28,577 nt of DNA, from positions 1-28,577 of the forward strand of contig JBFGZE010000037.1 in assembly GCA_041586955.1 (NCBI GenBank), read 5' to 3'. The notes beneath the pieces were generated by a model. That model saw only the letters and a program-made list of their open reading frames with translations. It did no database searches and was not told the origin of the DNA. The translations under genes and the position numbers were made by a program. The DNA comes from Bacteriovoracaceae bacterium. Lineage in GTDB: Bacteria > Bdellovibrionota > Bacteriovoracia > Bacteriovoracales > Bacteriovoracaceae. Positions 1 to 7,671 of this stretch are shown here, one piece after another. Each line of letters opens with the position of its first letter. Position 1 is the first letter of the stretch.

Positions 1-116
1 CAACGCTTACAGCGATATCTTTGAATTCTCTTCGCATCACAATTGCGCTTAAAAAACCCATCTTTAATAATGGAGTTTGAGTTTTTACATGATTTTTTCG
101 GGCAGCATAGATTCAT
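1..116 (-). mobile_element. Partial ORF (runs off the left edge): Cys-rich zinc-ribbon N-terminus resembling IS1/InsA-type transposases
   Basis: Not in the ORF track. Manual translation from ATG at 116-114 gives MNLCCPKKSCKNSNSIIKDGFFKRNCDAKRIQRYRCKR(C/W), i.e. CPxxxC...KxG...QRYRCK, the pattern of IS1-family N-terminal zinc ribbons. The catalytic domain and terminal repeats are not visible. Confidence 0.55.
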
Positions 117-237
117 ACTAAGCTAAGAGCAATGCTTATCCTGGTCGCTATTTGTAAGTATCCAAAAACATAAAATATTGGAGGGAGAGAGGTAAATTAT
201 TTATCGAAGTTTCAACACCATTTATATGGACCAGTTG

Positions 238-960
238 TTAAATATCATCTTCTTCTATAGGTGTCAGCGCTAAAGAACGACATCCACTACCAGATGGGGG
301 TGGCCCTTGTTCGATACATTGGTCATGACCTTTTGGACAAGTTAGACGTAAATGAAAATGGGTTTTATGATGTCTTGCTGGCCTTAAACGCCGTAAAACC
401 TTGACTCTCTCGGCTTTATCGATCTCTGGGTTATTGGAGGTATAGCGGCAGAGGTTACTTTTGATTGCCTGATCGACGAAGATGCGATTGACTTTAGTAT
501 TTTGGACAAGCCATGTAAAGACTTGCCAATTCGCCTTGCTGTCAAAATTGGGCGAAACCTTTTTTCCTTTGGTAAAACGTTCTTGCCATTCTTTAGCGTG
601 GGTTGGTTGTATTTTTGTTTTTTTTCCAAGATAGACAATATCGACATCGAGTCCATTTTGATGACTCCGATGCCTATAGGCCTTTCCTCCATGTTTCCCG
701 GCAATATCTCCTAGTTGGAGTGGTAGTGCCTGGGGCATGAATTGTTCTATATAAAGAGAGAGATCTGTAATGTTTTGCAATAATTCATCGGTGGCATAAA
801 ATTTATTTCTTTGTTGAAAAAGTTTATGCCAGGATCCTTGATAATGGCGAATATCTTGGGATTGTTTAATTTTTCCCTTCGTATAATAACCAATTGACTC
901 AGTGGCGAAAAGTGATGTTTGACCAAGTACTAACGATAAAATAAATCCAATTATTTTCAA
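238..960 (-). CDS. mepA: Penicillin-insensitive murein DD-endopeptidase, MepA family (peptidase M74)
   Basis: Signal peptide; SIGYYTKG N-terminal motif; GDI...GG...HRSHQNGLDVD zinc motif; RIFVD..IK..LC; HKTHFHLRLTCP and a Cys-containing tail QGPPPSGSGC. TTG start. Confidence 0.85.
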   Translation of the reverse strand: MKIIGFILSLVLGQTSLFATESIGYYTKGKIKQSQDIRHYQGSWHKLFQQRNKFYATDELLQNITDLSLYIEQFMPQALPLQLGDIAGKHGGKAYRHRSHQNGLDVDIVYLGKKTKIQPTHAKEWQERFTKGKKVSPNFDSKANWQVFTWLVQNTKVNRIFVDQAIKSNLCRYTSNNPEIDKAERVKVLRRLRPARHHKTHFHLRLTCPKGHDQCIEQGPPPSGSGCRSLALTPIEEDDI

Positions 961-1164
961 AGAATGACCCCTATTAGTTTTAAATAATTATAGGGCCACG
1001 ATGGGGAGGGCACACCTTATTTAAATAACTGACTAATTAAGACTGTGACATTTATATTGCTGCGCATGGGGCATATTATAGTTGATTACAATGCTTTGCG
1101 TGGTGCGCTTAGTGGTCGAATGCCCGAAATGACACCATTTTACTTAGTTTTGTCCATTATTTTT

Positions 1165-1179
1165 TGGCACGTATTTTGC
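1165..1179 (+). promoter_or_regulatory. Sigma54 (RpoN) -24/-12 promoter
   Basis: TGGCACG-TATT-TTGC is an exact match to TGGCACG-N4-TTGC (GG 1166-67, GC 1178-79), about 50 nt upstream of ATG 1231 and its AGGAG RBS. Confidence 0.75.
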
Positions 1180-1230
1180 GGTTAGAAGAAGACACTTTTA
1201 ATAGGGATACCGAAAAAGGAGAGAGAGAAA

Positions 1231-2088
1231 ATGAACGTTAAAAGAAATTTTGTATTAGCAGTCTTTTCATTGGCCTTAATGGTCTTGGTTGGTCAAACCC
1301 TGGCCAATCATAATACAGGCGACCGCTTCGACCATCGTGACTGGGGTCGTGGGCAACGAATTATATTACGATTTAATGATCTGCACTTGCGTGGGACCAA
1401 TGTTTTGCACCTTAAACAAGAAATCCGTCATCAGCATCCAGGTCTTCGAATGAGAGGCATGAGAGTGACTCAAGTAAACCTTGTCGCCAAAAGTAAGCAT
1501 GGCCGAGGTCAGGCGAGACTTATAGTGGATGGTTATGAGACCTATAGTGAAATAGTGAATGGTAACCCCTACGATTTTCATAATATGGACCCATTCACTT
1601 TTGATAAAATTGGTTTTAGGAATCCTAACCCTAGTCGTATGGGACGGGGCCCTCTGCAGATAAAGTTACAAGGCAATATTATTGTTAGAAAAGTTGTTCT
1701 TAAAGTGATGAGAGGAGGAATGGGTCCAGGACCAGGACCTCGCCCAAGACCTATTATGAGTTTTGAAACTATTGGCTCAGAAAAGTTCTCTAAGTTTACT
1801 GATGAAAGACGCTCATTTTCTGTTAACCGCTCACATGTGATGGCCTTAAAATTAATTGGCTCTCGAAGCGATGTTTTCGTCTCTCGTGCCATTGTTGTTT
1901 TAGATGATGGGACCCATCGACCTATTCTTGATTTTGAGGGGCGAATTGACCGTGGAGAACAACGTGTTTTTAATTTGGGTTCAGGCCGTTTTCCAGTGGG
2001 AGTGAGAAGAGTAGTGATTACTGCGACCTCTACTGACCCTATTGGAAGCCGAGGTCAATTAAGTCTCGAAGTTGGAACTTTTCACTGA
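1231..2088 (+). CDS. Secreted Arg-rich hypothetical protein; two predicted beta-rich domains joined by a GPGPGPRPRP linker
   Basis: Strong RBS, Sec signal (..GQTLA), alternating hydrophobic beta-strand patterns, own promoter and terminator. Function unknown. Confidence 0.8.
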   Translation: MNVKRNFVLAVFSLALMVLVGQTLANHNTGDRFDHRDWGRGQRIILRFNDLHLRGTNVLHLKQEIRHQHPGLRMRGMRVTQVNLVAKSKHGRGQARLIVDGYETYSEIVNGNPYDFHNMDPFTFDKIGFRNPNPSRMGRGPLQIKLQGNIIVRKVVLKVMRGGMGPGPGPRPRPIMSFETIGSEKFSKFTDERRSFSVNRSHVMALKLIGSRSDVFVSRAIVVLDDGTHRPILDFEGRIDRGEQRVFNLGSGRFPVGVRRVVITATSTDPIGSRGQLSLEVGTFH

Positions 2089-2137
2089 TAAGTATTTAAA
2101 ATTATGTTTAAGTAAAATGAACCTACGAAATTTCACT

Positions 2138-2164
2138 GAGGGCCTTTAATAAGGCCCTCTTTTT
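2138..2164 (+). terminator. Rho-independent terminator
   Basis: GAGGGCCTT-TAAT-AAGGCCCTC (9-bp perfect stem) followed by TTTTT. Confidence 0.85.
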
Positions 2165-2167
2165 ATT

Positions 2168-2194
2168 TAGGCCCTGACCATTTTTCACCGATAT
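2168..2194 (+). promoter_or_regulatory. Possible sigma28 (FliA) promoter
   Basis: TAGG-N15-ACCGATAT versus consensus TAAA-N15-GCCGATAA; lies just after the terminator and 30 nt before ATG 2225. Confidence 0.4.
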
Positions 2195-2224
2195 GAGAAA
2201 GAGAAAAATAAGATTGTGTGAGAG

Positions 2225-4060
2225 ATGAAAAAGCTGATACTTAAATCCATTTTGACTGTTTTGACCTTAGTTTCAACGCTAATGGGGTCGAGTTATGCTT
2301 GTTTTAATATGCAGGCCCAAGTCGGTGGCCTTATGCAAGGGAGTATAAGCCCTCCAATGGGAGGCTATTCTCAAGGTTATAGCATGTTGAGACCGCCTTA
2401 TGCGATGAGACCTCCTTATAGGATGGGCCATCAATATGGAATTATGGGCCCTACCCAGCAGTACTTCGCTCCTCCATCGCGACCGATGAGTTATATCACC
2501 GGTTTGCCCACGATGCCCCGGCCTTTGAATAATCCTATCTATGCTTCTCCTTATTATTATCAACATAATCAAGGATTCTATGGGTATAGCTATTTCGGCC
2601 AGCAAGGTGGGAGTGGCGCTTTCCAAATGCCCAATTACTCTTATAATTATAATTGCTTCCCCCAAATGATGGGAACGGCGGCCATGTATATGAAGTCTAT
2701 GATCGATAAACCTGTTGCGCCGATTGATCATGCTCCTTTGTTTTGGCGTGAGGAAACAAGTAAACCTGATACTGGCTGTGATAAGTTTTATTATTACTGT
2801 CCAGAGGATGAAAAGGAATACGATCAAGAAAAAGATAAAGATAAAGAAGAAACCATCGATGAACGCCCTAGTCCTGTAATTCCTGATGTCCCTGAAGATA
2901 ACATTATCACTACTGAGCCATCTAATCCGTCGGAGCAAGAAGTTCTGAAGCCGGAAGTTGTAGAGATCGTCGTTGGTATTGAAAAAATTAATGAGGGCGG
3001 ATTTTTACTACCGGAGTGGGTTCCTTGTCGGCCTAACTCCTCAATTCCTAGCAAAGGAGATAATCCATCTCTGGAAGGTGCCTTTGATTTATTTTTAACC
3101 TGGTATCAGGACTGTTCTGCCCTGGATATTGTAATTGGTGATATGCCTTTTGATTTTAACAAGTTCGGGAGTAAAAAGAGAAATGGTAATAACGATGTCG
3201 TTCGACATATTGAAGATCGCCTAGGTTATATCAAGTCTCATCCGTATTTAAAGGTATTACAAGACAAAAAGGAAAAAGGCCGTTTTCCTGGTAATAGTTG
3301 CCAAGATATTCTTAAGCAACCACCAATGTTTAGTTATGGAGGGAAGCCCATTATAAAAAATGGCATAATCGACCTTTTTGCCAATAAAGCGGCGGAGCCC
3401 ATTTGCACTCATAATAGAGTTAAATGTGGTACTCAGCCGGTTAGTACTATTGACTGTAGCGGTTTTATTGTAACGGCATTACGCTCACGTGGTCTCAATT
3501 TGAGTCCTCATAATACTTCTGTTCAGCACGTTAATACAGGTAAACTAGCAAGGCTTATTAAAGACCAAAATAGTTGCATGGAGCATGTTCAATTTAAAAA
3601 GACTGGCAATCATTTCGATGTTATGAAGGCCGGTGATATTATGACTGTGTCGCAACACCATACCTTTATGTTTTCAAAAGTCGGTGATGATCCACTGGGC
3701 ATTGAGCAGGCATTAAAGAAGGGGGATTGCCGTGCGATTACCCCTAGTCATTTTAATTTTGAAGTGATTCAATCTGGTGCAGCAGGTTCTCTTGGCGTTG
3801 CCCAGCTCAAAGGGAATAGTATTCATTTAAGTTCAGGGATGCAAGCGACCCTTCTTAAATGGGCACGCCAAATGTGTGGCCAATCATTATTGAGTAAAGG
3901 TCGCGATGTCATCATTAAAACCGAAGGCCAAGGCCGTAAAAAGCAAACGATTATTATTGGGCGCCATAAAGGTTCTAAGAAAGAAGGCTGTATTGATGCC
4001 AATCCTCCCAAGTTTAAAGGGAAGGATTGTATTGGAGATTGCCGGGAGGGAGGTCAATAA
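2225..4060 (+). CDS. Secreted protein with N-terminal low-complexity region, acidic linker and C-terminal NlpC/P60-like (papain-fold) domain; putative peptidoglycan hydrolase
   Basis: Signal peptide (..SSYA); FSYGG...IDCSGF (Cys411), then MKAGDIM...QHHTFM (His478/479), the NlpC/P60 motif order. Confidence 0.65.
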   Translation: MKKLILKSILTVLTLVSTLMGSSYACFNMQAQVGGLMQGSISPPMGGYSQGYSMLRPPYAMRPPYRMGHQYGIMGPTQQYFAPPSRPMSYITGLPTMPRPLNNPIYASPYYYQHNQGFYGYSYFGQQGGSGAFQMPNYSYNYNCFPQMMGTAAMYMKSMIDKPVAPIDHAPLFWREETSKPDTGCDKFYYYCPEDEKEYDQEKDKDKEETIDERPSPVIPDVPEDNIITTEPSNPSEQEVLKPEVVEIVVGIEKINEGGFLLPEWVPCRPNSSIPSKGDNPSLEGAFDLFLTWYQDCSALDIVIGDMPFDFNKFGSKKRNGNNDVVRHIEDRLGYIKSHPYLKVLQDKKEKGRFPGNSCQDILKQPPMFSYGGKPIIKNGIIDLFANKAAEPICTHNRVKCGTQPVSTIDCSGFIVTALRSRGLNLSPHNTSVQHVNTGKLARLIKDQNSCMEHVQFKKTGNHFDVMKAGDIMTVSQHHTFMFSKVGDDPLGIEQALKKGDCRAITPSHFNFEVIQSGAAGSLGVAQLKGNSIHLSSGMQATLLKWARQMCGQSLLSKGRDVIIKTEGQGRKKQTIIIGRHKGSKKEGCIDANPPKFKGKDCIGDCREGGQ

Positions 4061-4482
4061 TGAAAATATTAACTCCTCTTTTAATATTCTTAATTTCGAT
4101 ATCTCTACAGGCAAAGTTTGACTGTGGTGTCGCGATTAAGGAATTGGCCAAAGAGGTGGTCGAGGGAGAATTACGTGGACGCAGCCACCCTGCTCCCAGT
4201 CAATGTTTAAAACAAGGCGATTTTAAGTCCTATCGCCTACGCTGGGATCCTCCAGGCGAAGTGCGAAAGATATCAACTTTAATGGTCACGAAATGGGGTC
4301 TTTCTAAGGTTATTACCGTGGATAAAGTGATAGGGCATTATCGGGCCTATTTCTGGGTTCAAACAGAAAAAGGGCGGATGACTGATACTATTGACTTTAT
4401 GGAGATGGATGATCAGCGACTGGGATGCGCCATGGCCTTATTTTATCCCAAAAGATCCTATTTATTAGAAGGTTGTCGCTAA
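4060..4482 (+). CDS. Small exported hypothetical protein (140 aa, 4 Cys), translationally coupled to the upstream gene
   Basis: Start re-assigned to ATG 4060 (TAATG overlap with the upstream stop, GGAGG just upstream), which yields a clean signal peptide MKILTPLLIFLISISLQA. Confidence 0.75.
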   Translation: MKILTPLLIFLISISLQAKFDCGVAIKELAKEVVEGELRGRSHPAPSQCLKQGDFKSYRLRWDPPGEVRKISTLMVTKWGLSKVITVDKVIGHYRAYFWVQTEKGRMTDTIDFMEMDDQRLGCAMALFYPKRSYLLEGCR

Positions 4483-4558
4483 CTAGAGTGAAGCTTTTTC
4501 GCTTTTATTGACGCTGCGCCTTTGTGTATGGTTCTCTCAAATTCTGAAGTGAGGGGCC

Positions 4559-7500
4559 ATGGGGAATTGGAAGAACAATTTTTTTGTTTTCTTCGTATTG
4601 ATTTGTTTAATCAATGGCGTCTTTGCAGCATCTTCTTTTCCACTTTTTGTTTATGAAAAAAAAGACTGGCGCCAATTTGCGGTCATTGAGCAAGATAATG
4701 ACCGGTTTCAATTACAAATATTTGAACAACAAAGGGGCGATTTTCAAGATCTCGTGACCACTTTGTACTTCCCAACAATCATTCTTTTAAAAAGCTATTT
4801 ACGCGAAAATTATCCATTGATGAGGCCTGGAACTTTAGATCCATCATTTGAAGCCCCCATAAATAACGAGAAACTTCCATTTTTTGGTTCTGAACGAAAC
4901 TCTATCCGGAGAATGAAGCGGCAGCCGATATGGAGCGTTCGCCATGAGTGGAATTCCGAGTGGGAGGCCAAATACGCTACCTGGGTCGAGAAAAGCTTTG
5001 ATGATGAGTTTTTTGTTCGTTACAAAATCTCAACTGACTGTGCCGATGTCGCTATTGGGTTGCGATGGATTTTTTCTCGTATTCACTTTTTACCAGCAGC
5101 GAATCATCTCACTGGTAGCGAAACTCTTTTTGGCCATTTTTCCTCCCGTCAAAAGTGGAGAAAACTCAGGCGTCATGATGAATGGCATAAGGATAAGTTG
5201 TTTTTAGCGGCCCTGGAGTACGTTTTTTCTAATACCTATACAAAATCTTTAATGCTCGACTCCTTACCCGTTAATATAGTCAAAGGGCATTTTAGGGCCG
5301 GCAGTTATTATATTAGACGGGGAGAAACCGATGGCCATGTAAGAGTTTTTTCTCTGATTGATTTTGAAAGCGACAAATTCCCCTTAATGACCCTTTCTTC
5401 TACGCTTCCTACTGAAATAAGAGTGATGAATAAGGAATTATTTATGAATTCTTATTGGCCAGAGGAATCAGTGTCTGGAATTATGGCCATGCGCTGGCCA
5501 ATCAAAAAAAAGGGAAGGTGGAAACTAAAAAGTAGCGATAAACATCCGCATTATTCACTTTGGCAATACGATACTCACCATAGGCGTACCCAAAATTTTA
5601 CATTAACGATTTTATGGCAATTTGGTGGTAAAATTAATATTAATAATTTTATCCAGCAAGGACTTGATGACCTTATTAGTTATATTGATGCCCGTCGTAT
5701 CATTGTCGAGAGAGGGTATCTTTTTTGCTTAGAAAACGATTGCTCACAAGGGTCCTATGCCTACGAGGATTGGTCTACTCCTAGTCGTGATAAAAAATTA
5801 TTAGAAAAATTTAGGTTAATTGAATTATATTTAGATTTAATGGCCGTGAAGAATTCTCCCTATCATTTACGGTTTGAGAAATTATTAAAGCAAACATTCG
5901 TTTCTATTGAAGGCCGGCAATATAACTTTGCTAAAATACGTTTCGCATTGATGCGAAAAGGCGCATCGTTTGATCCCAGTGTTGACATTGATAAGCGTTG
6001 GGGCGTAAGTGCCTCCTTTATGGCGCAAAAATTTAAAAAAACAACCCTGCCTTTACTTCAATCCCGAAATGAAAAAATTAATAATCAACCTTGGCCATGT
6101 GTCTATTCCTGTTCACCTCCAGAGTATAGTTGGTGGGATTATAACTCCTATCTCGAAGATAATCAGATAAAAGCGGAGTTTGATTATATAAGAGGGATGT
6201 GTCGTGAGGATAATGATTTTTTTCAATGCCAAAAGTCCGTACTTGCATTGTTAAAAAAATCCTCCTTGCGTTTAAATGGAGAGGATTGGACATTCGCCTC
6301 GGTATACAAAAAAGCGCCACTCTTTGGAGCTGACCCACGCATGGATCGCCTCAGCCGTTGGGGCGATAATTCTCGCATTATTTTACTTCCCCCAATTGGC
6401 TCATCTCTTCATGCCAATAAGGGAGGTTACATTTTTATCGATAAGAAATACCTTTTTTCAATTAAAGATCAATCGGTCTTAGAATTTTCCCCTCAAGAAT
6501 ACATTTTGTCCCCAAATGGTGAAGTCTGGATTATTAAGAGAGAGGCCGATAAATTTGTCATTAATAATGGGAAAGTCACTATATTGAGTTTACCAAACGA
6601 TGATTATAAAACTCTCGCCATAGATGATTCAATTTACCTTTTTGGTAAAACTAATTATCGTTATGATTGTAAAAACGGAAATTTAACAGACCTTGGCGCA
6701 GAGAATAGGAAATTCTCTTATTTAGGGCTCGATCATTTATTCCTTGGTCAATATGAAAATCAATACTTTCTCTTACAAGGAAACAAAGGGATCCATATTC
6801 CTTTATTTAAAGATAAAGATCCTTCTGGTTCGATGGTGATCCAGGCCAGAAATCAAAATATTATTTATGGTTATTTAAAATTATTTTATGGCCAGAAATA
6901 TCGGCCGATTCGAGTCGACCTGCGCACTCAAAATGTGCTTATTGGAAGGGACACTCAAACAGAACCAAAGTGGGTTAATGATCATTATTTTGTGTATAGT
7001 GAAAAGTTAGGTAGTAAGCAGGAACAAACCTTTTTAGTGCATCGCGATTTCCCCAACGATTTAAAGCCTATCGCGTATCAATTTATTGATCAGGTTTCTT
7101 TTTTGCGGCAAGAGGTTATATTTTCCAATGGTGAAGAGTATGGCCAACGTGAGAGGGACCTTCTCAAGTTGAACAATGGTCAATTTAAAATGATAAAAAA
7201 TAATGTTGAGAAAAGCTTTGAGAGTGGTGGACATCTTTATTTGCCCAATGAAACAGACGCCTCAATATTTAGAATTGGCCCTTTAGGAGACCGTGCAATT
7301 GGACCACGAGGCCATCTCATATCTCCTCTTCTCTCGGCATGGGAAGAAAAGGGGGATCTATGGTCTTTATATATGGGAAATAGCTTCGGTGATAACTCGA
7401 GGAATGCGGCCATCTATCATTTCGATCATAAAAATTCACGTGAATTAATTCCAATCGCCACCCCAATTCGCTATAATGCCAAAAGTATTCCTCATTTTAA

Positions 7501-7588
7501 AAACCATATTGAGAAAGGAACCTTAATTCCCTTAACCGAATTTCAATGGGGAATACTTGTCCGAGAGTATTCCATTAATATGATTTGA
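4559..7588 (+). CDS. Large secreted multidomain hypothetical protein; candidate Cys-His catalytic domain, internal duplication, beta-rich C-terminus
   Basis: 1009-aa ORF, RBS GAGGGG, signal peptide; TDCAD (Cys161) and RAGSYYI...DGHVR (His260); two ~120-aa repeats each ending DPxxDxxxRWG. Confidence 0.7.
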   Translation: MGNWKNNFFVFFVLICLINGVFAASSFPLFVYEKKDWRQFAVIEQDNDRFQLQIFEQQRGDFQDLVTTLYFPTIILLKSYLRENYPLMRPGTLDPSFEAPINNEKLPFFGSERNSIRRMKRQPIWSVRHEWNSEWEAKYATWVEKSFDDEFFVRYKISTDCADVAIGLRWIFSRIHFLPAANHLTGSETLFGHFSSRQKWRKLRRHDEWHKDKLFLAALEYVFSNTYTKSLMLDSLPVNIVKGHFRAGSYYIRRGETDGHVRVFSLIDFESDKFPLMTLSSTLPTEIRVMNKELFMNSYWPEESVSGIMAMRWPIKKKGRWKLKSSDKHPHYSLWQYDTHHRRTQNFTLTILWQFGGKININNFIQQGLDDLISYIDARRIIVERGYLFCLENDCSQGSYAYEDWSTPSRDKKLLEKFRLIELYLDLMAVKNSPYHLRFEKLLKQTFVSIEGRQYNFAKIRFALMRKGASFDPSVDIDKRWGVSASFMAQKFKKTTLPLLQSRNEKINNQPWPCVYSCSPPEYSWWDYNSYLEDNQIKAEFDYIRGMCREDNDFFQCQKSVLALLKKSSLRLNGEDWTFASVYKKAPLFGADPRMDRLSRWGDNSRIILLPPIGSSLHANKGGYIFIDKKYLFSIKDQSVLEFSPQEYILSPNGEVWIIKREADKFVINNGKVTILSLPNDDYKTLAIDDSIYLFGKTNYRYDCKNGNLTDLGAENRKFSYLGLDHLFLGQYENQYFLLQGNKGIHIPLFKDKDPSGSMVIQARNQNIIYGYLKLFYGQKYRPIRVDLRTQNVLIGRDTQTEPKWVNDHYFVYSEKLGSKQEQTFLVHRDFPNDLKPIAYQFIDQVSFLRQEVIFSNGEEYGQRERDLLKLNNGQFKMIKNNVEKSFESGGHLYLPNETDASIFRIGPLGDRAIGPRGHLISPLLSAWEEKGDLWSLYMGNSFGDNSRNAAIYHFDHKNSRELIPIATPIRYNAKSIPHFKNHIEKGTLIPLTEFQWGILVREYSINMI

Positions 7589-7603
7589 CCTGATTTTTAG
7601 CGC

Positions 7604-7632
7604 TAAAATTTAATAACGTAGTTATCCGATAA
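7604..7632 (+). promoter_or_regulatory. Weak sigma28-like promoter upstream of the TolC pair
   Basis: TAAA-N17-TCCGATAA; good boxes but spacer 2 nt longer than canonical. Confidence 0.25.
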
Positions 7633-7671
7633 ACGTAATTAATGTGTTTTTATATTCTGTTGGAGGACATT

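Noticed and set aside
2279..2938. 219-aa minus-strand ORF
   Set aside because: Lies wholly antisense to the low-complexity part of the 611-aa gene, has no motif, and is best explained as a shadow ORF.
4027..4059. Track start for the 151-aa ORF
   Set aside because: ATG 4060 has the RBS, stop/start coupling and an N-terminal signal peptide.
7642..7671. Track start for TolC1
   Set aside because: GGAGG lies inside this stretch, 5 nt before ATG 7672.
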